A stretch of 64,000 nucleotides of DNA, taken from contig LSRY02000048.1 in NCBI GenBank assembly GCA_001643675.2, forward strand, positions 372,001 to 436,000. Reading direction: 5' to 3'. The notes beneath the pieces were generated by a model, which made no database searches, was not told the DNA's origin, and was given only the letters and a program-made list of their open reading frames with translations. This document shows positions 53,001-60,207 of this stretch, piece by piece. This stretch comes from Monocercomonoides exilis PA203 (taxonomy: Eukaryota; Protista; Preaxostyla). Every line of letters begins with the position of its first letter. The stretch's first letter is position 1. A program made the position numbers and the translations under genes.

Positions 53001-55218
53001 GGAAGAAGAGATACGAGTGACTAATTGCTCGTTTGTGAAATGTGTGAATATGAATGGGAAAGGAAGCGCGATGGAGATGAAAGGATGCAGAAAAGTGCAG
53101 CTTGAGGCATGCTTGTTTGATGGAGAAAGAGGTGAAAGCGGAGAAAAGAAAATCTATGGGAAAACGAATGTGGAAGAAGAGAGGTGCAGATGGGAAGGAT
53201 CTCTTGTGGATGTTTTGAAGAGTTCTGTGATGATGAAAGATTCAACAATATCGAATTCACCAGAAGGTGGAATAACGATGAGTGGAGGAAGCGTTGTAAT
53301 TGAGAAAGGAGAGTTTTTGAATAACAATCCATCAATTGAAAATTATCCATCGTTGAGAAGAAATATCATTTGTTCAGATTCAGGAATATTGAATGTGATG
53401 AGTTTGAAAGGAGGAGATGGATTGGAGAGAAATACATCACTTTGGATGCTGAATGATGGATGCAGTTTTGAAGGGATTGCTTCAGAAAGGGATTCGTCAT
53501 TCTTCATTTCTGTTCTGGAAAGTGTGGAAGCAAAAGAAGAAGCAAACAGAATGAAGCTGACATTCAAAGGGATGCTTCTTATTCCATGCAATCTGTCATT
53601 CTCAGTTGTGAAGAGAAAAGGAGAAGAGAAAGAGATTGGACATTATGATTTTGATTCAAAGGGATTCCTTTCAGAAAGAGAAGTTGAAGGAAGCGTTGCA
53701 AAAGATTCGATCGGCAGTTGTGGAAATGATGTTGAGGTGAGCGTGCATGTTTTGTTTGGGAATACGGAATCTCCTTCTTCGACACAATCTTTCGTACTGA
53801 AGAATGCAAGTGAATCCAAAGAGAAAGGAGACGAAAACATTGTTGAAAGTGGAAACAAGAATGCATTCCATTGGATTATCATTGTTCTCGTGTTGTCAAT
53901 GTTATTTTTGATTGTTTTGATTGGATTTATTGTGTTCGTCGTTCGGTGGAGGAAGGCAAAGAGACGAACAGAAGAACTGGAGGAGATTGTGAACGACACA
54001 GTGAAGAAGGATCCGAAGGCATTTGAGATGGTGACGATGGAGATGTCACCTGAGGAGCAGTGGAGGAGAGCTGAGAGAGAGGCAGAGAAGAAGAATGATG
54101 AAATGATAAAGAAGAGAGTGTATGAGAAGAGCTTGGGACACTCCGAGTCATCAGAGCACCTTCTGTCTGAGAGTGGTTCCACTGAATACATTCTAGGGAG
54201 AGATTCAGACAAGATTCCTCAGTGGGTATTGGAGAAGGTTGAAGAAGAGGAAATAAGAAAGCAGACTCCATCACCATCCATATCATCCACTTCAACCACT
54301 TCAACAACTGATTCAGATTCAACATTTGTTCGAGGGGAGGATTTGTGTCCAACCACTTCATCGATGTCGAATCTGGTGGATGCAATGGCCTGTTCCTCGC
54401 CTCATGAAAAGCTGATTGTGGACTTGAGGGATTCTCTGTTCATGTTGTTGCATGGAAGGAATAAGACAAAAGAGATGGCGATTGGGACTCTGCAGGAGAG
54501 GGAGATGACAGCTGCCCAGATCCTGTTCTGGGTGGCAAATGGAGCACTTCACTCGTTTGAAGAAATGGAAAATCCTCTTCAGTCATTATCCAGTCTGAGT
54601 CCTCACATTGGGCTGTTCTCAGAACACATGGTCATCTGCATTGTGATGCACTCAGACTTATTGTCTGATGATGATTCTGATTCATCGTCCGTCTCATCAT
54701 CAACAGCCGTGACTTCTGCAAGTGATGATGATGATGAAGATTCTCTTCCTTCATCTGCTTTTGAGGATGAAGATAGCTTCAAAAAAGAGTGCTTAAGATG
54801 GAAGGCACCTGAGATGCTGATCAACAAGAAGTTGGGAGCAACAAAGAAATCAGTTGTGTTTTCGATAGGGATGATGCTGTGGGAGTGTTTGACACTGCAG
54901 ATTCCGTTTGGTGATTTTGAAGCGGAGCTGGCTGGACAGAAGATTGTGAATGGTGAAAGTGCAGGGCTTGAGAAAATCCGAGATTCGACTTTTTATGAAA
55001 CAACCAAAAGCGCAATGTCAATAGAACCGTTTGAAAGACCGACATTGATCACTTTGAAGCGAAAGTTTTACGAGCATTTTCCATCAGGAACAAATATTGT
55101 GACAGTTTCTGATGCAGTGGACTTTGACATTGATGAAGATGAAGAAGGTGGAGGAAGCGAAGAGAAAAATAGCAGGAATGGTTTTAAAAGTGATGCAACC
55201 TTCTATACGACAAGTTAA
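47038..55218 (+). CDS. Large type I membrane protein (2,726 aa): signal peptide, Cys/Gly-rich right-handed beta-helix (pectin-lyase-like) ectodomain, single TM helix, degenerate protein-kinase-like C-terminus
   Basis: First ATG at 47038 (47026 is GTG) followed by hydrophobic MLSGICCFVCIIYFQCMCIGA. Repeated C.F..C...GGG/GGAI units. TM WIIIVLVLSMLFLIVLIGFIVFVV (53872-53943) followed by basic RWRKAKRR. Kinase subdomain VIII/IX/XI-like motifs LRWKAPEML, VFSIGMMLWECLTLQIPF, ERPTL. TAA stop. No introns are needed. Confidence 0.85.
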   Translation: MLSGICCFVCIIYFQCMCIGAANEETFQMKKYKKERIDDYLERNWSDAFQKDVFANEIGLETNNGGRECGTKITKKCEKRMNGDSKEENDEKLKFREASRTEMVRGTNMSAERKMRKQQRYEGESLIEGCLMIANSSIKLHSLGLVLNDGQSVLNAANGCFIEVSRCRIEIGGEMPPFCLSGSCGLLTNISLRFPLNSHFQKCPSLFSSKPFEGIHSEKCHVSVCYSHFSSFCISSAPFLSSAFVESISLSNLDFFNFSTTPAKTESHSTCQCGKATSMNSCSFHSVCDAYDGGIVPSINNPFASLTASNTSFVVCCRTKNVVCEGTADGKLTPGRQNETENGANTFTWCEWNGSKTTGNKDDFTDDASNGGAIRMYNLNSGELTVSHCAFNDCHAHYRGGGIMCHTIKTVRIENNVFNSCSVQTWAGGGVYTCNITSSVLISGCEFQNCKANRYGGGLDLEDINCSGTGCIEAENGGGESVCVFDCSFSSCSVSSYYGGGMFCETVPKTQFKIRFIQFISCSAASCGGGLRFHLSRQSSQKDIIYCDYLFFHECECSGNPPYGHDIMFFDLFNAFLSSGNPFFECYTTNTNDQRVCYGYDNMGSSWSYYHTEKQWWINNGILNRFVAVDGGFEDKMCGIDESRACKSIGIAVHQSKTQTTLVVMLMEGNYKRETTPIDIESMKVSVIGACKDKSSIGTGALSSVGTLFSVTTGHLGLLHMKVDCNSNFSPSTPSVVVVSDGGGSLSLEDVVITTSNKEGYVISSSLFVVQLSQLSMVGVEIKDMNVSKPLFSEPDLSSSSSSSLPSLSSSALHLTATVSGDSVLANVKVMNVKLTEGDGVVVAKSVKEGEIFSVSNITIEGCECEEGNGGGMSIYLVDNGEVVMNGTTVIDGCNTVNNGGNGGKGGGMMIVIESGECGLTIGKNVEFSKVNGNVASYGKDVFVQCGCGVFLESKLNTDTFAFFDTSVIPSDVLRLSGSENGDERKVIPLFVYLCSMGTKVIVDGSGGNGMDHNHCGFESFRCQTVDYCANSRMSSTANEIEVVSSSSITKEITGPSFDVNISGRIVSFEEGERILVNVIDGGSATQDWLVGCSSSLTMSRLSFVVKGQLNSRRSAFILSNSTLSVTNCSVSFESGSLTDGKIGYNVISIEGGELIMNGFVMEGPVTTNGKSPISMKNVMRLEMNNSRMSGVEVTGGIGGGCLNVGMNEEGGSVNTEESYISSVCSGGSGMKGGGIMISVGKGGSLEMKNVNLSGCEVPSEDREDGGRGIGGGMFVELPNQMGSFVMEGMTFEGCNAWKGKNMFVSGWDLSEIVKKEHLKWEIKEEELGWLDELCGWERMTTGEEGYVIPLVVYLWDNWSGDGFVSKEKGGDFNGCGYSEAPCSSINHLISLRYGTLEKGESRIKISGSGLLQKSILFLLSSSSKTPIVSIEGEIEGTILKVSEGGRNEGEEEGGGMITLNVVASFTNLLFSLPNGLVSHSSLIHSTSSSATLSIMRCSFVCDDATKETKYCLIKADGGSVVIEDCTLSQFSLVKGLVEFIADVKSIDVMNVSVSNTTISGSSLISLSQPSPTNVLINKARENTKQIVRVNSSSFANITCVENRACVMSVGSFSSGMECVIEGCVLTKCMSERSKEGGGMKMLMKRDESEVKVSGCSFGMCVCFTVNGRGGGMMIDAIDPNVEYTETKIPPLELRLENIRFMMNDAFVGKDMFIRCESIASQINERLFLLDFNQESLKSNNSMCGSDGEENIDVDLIPLVTFYYSSQVFVCVNGSDSRQCGAQNNPCESIGNAVQHIERSVVNMIIIDGAGKIGGECVIGDVRMEPVKKTKGNICFDGKIEKTSEEDGIMKFVNESAVERCSFEFGGEFEASHKFILKVKNGSMEMRNCKFISSAVELKLDNTIVSVESGELKMWEMEFNSLHLRAALIVLCEESKVFLGETNIWNVMCQADAAVVVVGGKAEFEMKEMSFENISLLTDGCVMVIDEAEEEIRVTNCSFVKCVNMNGKGSAMEMKGCRKVQLEACLFDGERGESGEKKIYGKTNVEEERCRWEGSLVDVLKSSVMMKDSTISNSPEGGITMSGGSVVIEKGEFLNNNPSIENYPSLRRNIICSDSGILNVMSLKGGDGLERNTSLWMLNDGCSFEGIASERDSSFFISVLESVEAKEEANRMKLTFKGMLLIPCNLSFSVVKRKGEEKEIGHYDFDSKGFLSEREVEGSVAKDSIGSCGNDVEVSVHVLFGNTESPSSTQSFVLKNASESKEKGDENIVESGNKNAFHWIIIVLVLSMLFLIVLIGFIVFVVRWRKAKRRTEELEEIVNDTVKKDPKAFEMVTMEMSPEEQWRRAEREAEKKNDEMIKKRVYEKSLGHSESSEHLLSESGSTEYILGRDSDKIPQWVLEKVEEEEIRKQTPSPSISSTSTTSTTDSDSTFVRGEDLCPTTSSMSNLVDAMACSSPHEKLIVDLRDSLFMLLHGRNKTKEMAIGTLQEREMTAAQILFWVANGALHSFEEMENPLQSLSSLSPHIGLFSEHMVICIVMHSDLLSDDDSDSSSVSSSTAVTSASDDDDEDSLPSSAFEDEDSFKKECLRWKAPEMLINKKLGATKKSVVFSIGMMLWECLTLQIPFGDFEAELAGQKIVNGESAGLEKIRDSTFYETTKSAMSIEPFERPTLITLKRKFYEHFPSGTNIVTVSDAVDFDIDEDEEGGGSEEKNSRNGFKSDATFYTTS

Positions 55219-56037
55219 ATAACAAAATAATTCTCATATTTTTGTGGAGAGGACTGATGTTTGTTCATGTATATTTGATTTTTTTAGCTTTCTTTATTAA
55301 GAATAACAAAAATGTTGAACTTTTTTTTTCTGTTTCTGTTTCTGTTTCCATATTTGAGAAATTTTTTGATAACTTTACCAACAACTTTGCTCTTTTCAAA
55401 CTCTTTTATTATATTCTAACTCTGATGTTCTTTGATTGTCTTTCATTTCAAAATCACCTTCAAACTTTGACATTTCATTTTTATGTTTTTATTAGGAAGT
55501 TATGATTTTCTGCGATGTATTGTTCCAAATTTTTGTGTTCATACATATTCCCATTGTTTTTGTTTCATTCAACATAACGCCAATCCTTTATTTTTTACAA
55601 ATCATTGTTTTATTATGTTCAGTGTTCAATTTTTGTATTCATTCATTTTATCTTTTTTATTCTGGTAATTTAAAAACCAGAATATTCTTTATAAATCAGA
55701 ACAAAACTTTTATGGCGTTTCTCCTTTGAACATTATTTAAAACGTAAAAAGTGCAATCTTTTTCTTTTCTTTTCTTATTTGAGATATTTATTTAATGAAT
55801 AATATTATTGAAATAAAGAATATCTGATCATAATCGATAAGATCGACACCATAAAAAATCGTTAAATCAACTTTATCCACAAATAAAAATGTATGTTTTG
55901 CAAATATGAGTATTTTGACACACTTTTAACAAAGTTGATTTTTCATATTTTTTTTCCTAAAAAAAAGAAGAAATATTTATAAAAAAGTGAATCATGTCAT
56001 TAACTTTGCCTAAAAAGAATTTGATTTGTAAAATGGG

Positions 56038-56850
56038 TGATTATTTTTAAAATCACTCATTTTTTCGGGGTGTTAATTTTTCAAAAATTGTTTGTCATTG
56101 GGAAGTGTTTTTGAATTCTGATGATAAAATTATCACCACTGCTTTATTGACAAATGTTATTTCCGAACCAAAGATAAAAATGTCTTCAATAAACCTTATC
56201 ACTTTTCAATTTTTTTTTTATTGATATTCAAAAAATAATTTCGCACAGAAATTTTTGATGAAAAAATATGATTTCAAAAATAATTACACAAATGGGGGAA
56301 AATATGGACTTTTAAGCTTTTTTTGCACAAGGCATTGAAAAAATGCTTCACTCATAACATTTTTAAACTTAACCAGATTTCAAAATAAATTTGATTTTCA
56401 TTTCAGAAAACAGGCATCGTTGAAATAGAAACATAAAGTTTTGTGACATTTCACGAACTCCAAAAAATGGACTCATTTTTATTGAATTTTTTAATCTCAA
56501 AAAGATCATCTTTGATACGCAATTTTTCAATGCAAATGCCTGAAGCCAAATATTTTGTCCCAATTTTTTAAAAAACATTATTCATGAAAGTTTAATGGTG
56601 AGTTTTTTTTTTTGATATCATATTTTTTCCTTCTAATATTTCGGTGCAAAATATAATGTAAACAAATGTGATTAAACATTGAAAAGAAATTTCACAATTG
56701 ATTGATAGTATTATAATGAATTCATCTTGGACATCATTTTTTTGAAACAATTGTGAAGCTTTAAACATTTGAGTGAAATACATCGTGCCAAAAATTAAAA
56801 CCTAAGTAATATAAACATCCCGAAAAAAATTCTGATATTTATAATAATCA
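56038..56850. mobile_element. Degenerate foldback/inverted-repeat element that encloses 270-bp element copy 1
   Basis: Outer arms: TGATTATTTTTAAAATCACTCATTTTTTCGGGGTGTT (56038-56074) versus the reverse complement of 56814-56850, TGATTATTATAAATATCAGAATTTTTTTCGGGATGTT. Inner arms at about 56235-56280 and 56608-56655 also pair (GCAC.GAAAT.TT...AAAAAATATGAT.TCAAAAA). Confidence 0.55.
56293..56562. mobile_element. 270-bp MITE-like element, copy 1
   Basis: Aligns end to end with 57899-58168. Imperfect terminal inverted repeats TGGGGGAAAATAT ... ATATTTTGTCCCA, plus subterminal GCATTGAAAAA / TTTTTCAATGC. Confidence 0.7.
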
Positions 56851-56930
56851 TCTGTATGAAAATTTCTCTATTGACAAGTTTTGATTAAAAATGTTTCCTT
56901 ATAATAAACATATATAAAGATTCAAGCCAC

Positions 56931-56980
56931 AAAACACAAGTCATTCATATCACAAATAAAAAATTTCCATTTCGAAATTG
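56931..56980. repeat. About 50-bp dispersed direct repeat (second copy 59059-59112)
   Basis: AAAACACAAGT.ATTCATA.CACAAATAAAAAA...TTTCGAAATTG is present at both sites. Confidence 0.65.
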
Positions 56981-57520
56981 CACTTTTTTTAGAAAACTGA
57001 TTGTTTTTGATGAGTTATGTTACACAACATAATGTTTTCTTATCAACGATTGTCCCAAACAAATATGATAACAATCAAAACCGTATATAGTCACATTGCA
57101 TATAGTCAGCATCGGTCTACACATCATTTTTCGATGAACCGACATTTTTTGCCAATTTTTCATTCATTTTTCATCACATGCATTTAAATGGCAAAATATT
57201 TGTAATCATATATTTTAATGAAATGGGTTCATTTTTCGTTGAAATATCGATTTTTTGATCAAAATTTTCAATTTTTTATTTTTCAAAATTATGTTTAAAA
57301 AAGTCAAAATAATGTGTATTAATGAAAAAATTGATTTCGCAAGTGAAAAATGCGTTTTAATGAAAAATTTTCAAAAATTAAAAGTTTCACATAAATTTAT
57401 TTAATTAATTAATTAATTTTTATTTTTTTCTGTGTGAAGCAGCATCGAATATTGACACAATCGGATAGTCACAAAAAGTTGTGCAAAACCCAATGTGATT
57501 AAATCCGATATTGACTGATT

Positions 57521-57521
<1 letters not shown>

Positions 57522-57562
<41 letters not shown>
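57522..57562. repeat. Poly(T)41 homopolymer
   Basis: Uninterrupted T run directly abutting the 57556-57780 palindrome. Confidence 0.9.
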
Positions 57563-57563
<1 letters not shown>

Positions 57564-57780
57564 GAAAGTTCTTATTGTTTTATTTTCAAAAAAATGAAAA
57601 GTTCATATTTCTATCAAATTTTTGTTCCCACTCAAGAAACTTCACGACAATGGAAATTATAACATTGTCGACATTTTGTTTTCATGACAGTGAAGTTTCG
57701 TGAGAGAGAACCGAAATTTGATCAAAGAATGAAATTTTAGTTTTATTTGAAGACTAAACAAAAGGAACTTTTCAAAAAAA
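57556..57780. mobile_element. About 225-bp imperfect palindrome (foldback/MITE-like) centred on GTCGAC
   Basis: Left arm TTTTGGAAAGTTCTTATTGTTT...ATCAAATTTTTGTTCCCACTCAAGAAACTTCAC matches the reverse complement of the right arm GTGAAGTTTCGTGAGAGAGAACCGAAATTTGAT...AAACAAAAGGAACTTTTCAAAA. Centre at 57667-57672. Confidence 0.72.
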
Positions 57781-57898
57781 TATTGACAATTTTTTCTTTA
57801 TTTCAATAATATAAAATAATTGACAAAAAATAGAAAAAACTATTTATATCATTTTATCAAATAAGTTCTTTGATACTGTTTCAAAATAAAAGAACATT

Positions 57899-58168
57899 TG
57901 GGGGAAAATACGGACTTTCAAGCTTTATTTGCACAAGGCGTTGAAAAATTGCTTCACTCATAACTTTATTTTGCTTTCTCAGATTTCAGAATAAATTTGA
58001 TTTTCATATCCGTAAACAGGCATCATTGAAATCAAAACACAAAGTTTTGTGCCATTTCACGAATTTCAGAAAATGGACCCATTTTTGTTGTGTGTTTTGA
58101 TATAAAAAAGTCGATGAAAAATGCATAATTTTTTAATAAAAATGCCTGAAGCTTTATATTTTGCCCCA
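57899..58168. mobile_element. 270-bp MITE-like element, copy 2
   Basis: Same length and orientation as copy 1, with many substitutions. TIRs TGGGGGAAAATA ... TATTTTGCCCCA. Confidence 0.7.
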
Positions 58169-58466
58169 TTTTTTCAGGTTGTGTGAGATTTATTTATCAT
58201 CAAATCGAAAAATTGGTTGACAATCGAAAATTCATCTTACAAAAATAAAATAGAATTTATTATAAGGTTTGGTGATAAAATTTGTATTAACTATCAAAAT
58301 CATTAATGTTCATTCGACAATTATAAATTTCATCATTTGTTTGGTATGTGTGATTCTTTTTGAAATCATATCTTTCATCGTTGTGTGTGTGATCGCAAAG
58401 TTTTCAGTTGTTGATAAAAAGATAATTGTTTTCATTTCCATTCACTGATAATTTTTCGAAAAACAA

Positions 58467-59189
58467 CACCAAAAATAATTCTAATACGAAAAAGAATAAT
58501 TTAAAATCGGAATTTATAATTCGAATTCGAAAAAAAATAATTTGATTTCATAATTTATTTATTCAATTTCGAAATTCATTTAAAACTGAAATTTTTAATT
58601 TTTCTCGGGTATGGATTTCTGAAAATTTCAAGTTATTTTTGACCAATCAAATATTATTACTCAAAGAAAACAGTTTTTTCTAATTGAAACAATCAATAAA
58701 TCAATTTTTTGAATTTTTTTCACTTTCGAAAATCATCACTCAAATGATAAAAATATTTTGAAAAATTCATTCTCTATAATACACAATTAAAAATTGAAAA
58801 TAATCAATCACAAAATTTTATTGAATAACAAAAAACAAGAATTTATTTCTCAATTATATTTTTCAAGTTTTTGGAGTAAAAATAGAAAAATATCAATTTT
58901 TAATACTAAAATGAATTCATTTTTATTTTTTGAATTACTTCTGTAAAAGAAATATGAATTCAAAATGAATGAATTTTTTTTTATGAAAATGCATCATTTT
59001 TCAAATATAGATAAACAAAGTGAACTGATGAAATATAAATAAAGAGAATTAAAAACCCAAAACACAAGTTATTCATACCACAAATAAAAAAAAATATTCA
59101 TTTTCGAAATTGAATTAATAAATTACGAATTTGAATTATAAATTTTCGATTTTGAATTATTCTTTTTCGAATTAGAATTATTTTTCGTG
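58467..59189. mobile_element. About 720-bp non-autonomous element with long terminal inverted repeats (about 85-105 bp)
   Basis: CACCAAAAATAATTCTAATACGAAAAAGAATAATTTAAAATCGGAATTTATAATTCGAATTCG... at the left pairs with ...CGAATTTGAATTATAAATTTTCGATTTTGAATTATTCTTTTTCGAATTAGAATTATTTTTCGTG at the right. The interior is AT-rich and non-coding. Confidence 0.65.
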
Positions 59190-59562
59190 AAACCAACACT
59201 TCAGAATTAACAAATGCAACAGAATGTTTAATTTTGTTTTTATTTCCTTTCTTGTTTTTTTAAAATCGAAAACAATATTTATGTCTCTCTGTTTTTCTTG
59301 ATATTGCTCAAATAAAAATACTTTTTCTGTTTCAATTATTTTTCAAAAAGGATAACATATAAGTGAATAACATATTCATTCCCTCATAACACACACCGTC
59401 GTTAATAGATGATGCTATTCCCTATCAGTTTTCATTTAACATCTCTATTAGTAAAAGTATTAATAAAACCATTTCATGTTGGACCCACAATTTTTTGAGA
59501 AAAACCATTGATAATGGTTAAAACAAACAAATTTTCTATTTATTTTACAACATAGCATCAAA

Positions 59563-60207
59563 ATGGGGTTGCTAACGTCAAAGATCAAGAACTTGTTTGG
59601 CAAAACAGAAAAAAGAATTTTTTTGTTTGGATTGGATGGTTTGAATGGAATTGATTAACTTGTGAAATGAATTATTTCATTAATGAATTTTTTTATCATC
59701 TTAACGGCAGCCGCTGGAAAAACTTCAATTTTGTACAAGCTGAGCCTGAACAAATTTATTCAAACAATTCCAACAATTGGATTCAATACGGAAGAAGTTC
59801 ATTACAAAAAAATCACTTTCAATATTTGGGATATTGGAGGAGGAAAAGAAATAAGACGTCTTTGGCACGTGTACTGCGAAAAAATGGATGCTCTCGTTAT
59901 TGCAATAGACACTGCAGATGTTTCTCGCATTGCTTGTGAAACAATGGGATGTGGCGATTGCTTAAAGGAATATGTTCACTTTCTTCTTCAACAAAAAGAA
60001 GCAGGAAATATTCCACTTTTGATATATGCGAACAAGCAAGATCTGAGCGGGGCAGTCGGTCCCGAATATATTCGGGAAAAGCTGGAACTTGATCGAGTTT
60101 GTGCAGAGAGATCTTGGCACATTCAACCATGCTCTGCTTTGACAGGGGATGGACTCCTCGACGGATTAGAATGGCTAACGAATGAGTTTGCTAGCAAACG
60201 GAAATAG
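59563..60207 (+). CDS. ADP-ribosylation factor (Arf)-family small GTPase, 190 aa; exons 59563-59638 and 59711-60207
   Basis: MGLLTS myristoylation motif; spliced G1 GLD|AAGKT; switch I TIPTIGFN; G3 WDIGGG; G4 NKQD; G5 [14 protein letters not shown]; TAG stop. Confidence 0.93.
59639..59710 (+). other. Spliceosomal intron of the Arf gene (72 nt, phase 1)
   Basis: GTTTGA...GGCAG. Removal restores the P-loop GLDAAGKT (G|CC = Ala). Confidence 0.9.

Noticed and set aside
55800-59300. CRISPR-like array or RNA genes in the AT-rich repeat region
   Set aside because: The repeats are inverted or dispersed, not regularly spaced direct repeats with spacers. I saw no tRNA cloverleaf or rRNA signature.
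59683-59710. ORF-track start MNFFIILT for the Arf gene, and similarly 1501-1770, 2330 and 62868
   Set aside because: These starts fall inside inferred introns; the spliced models restore the conserved motifs.
59563-60207. Calling the GTPase ARL13 because of DxGGG
   Set aside because: It is only 190 aa with an MGxxxS myristoylation site, Arf1-like G1 and switch I, and no C-terminal coiled-coil extension.
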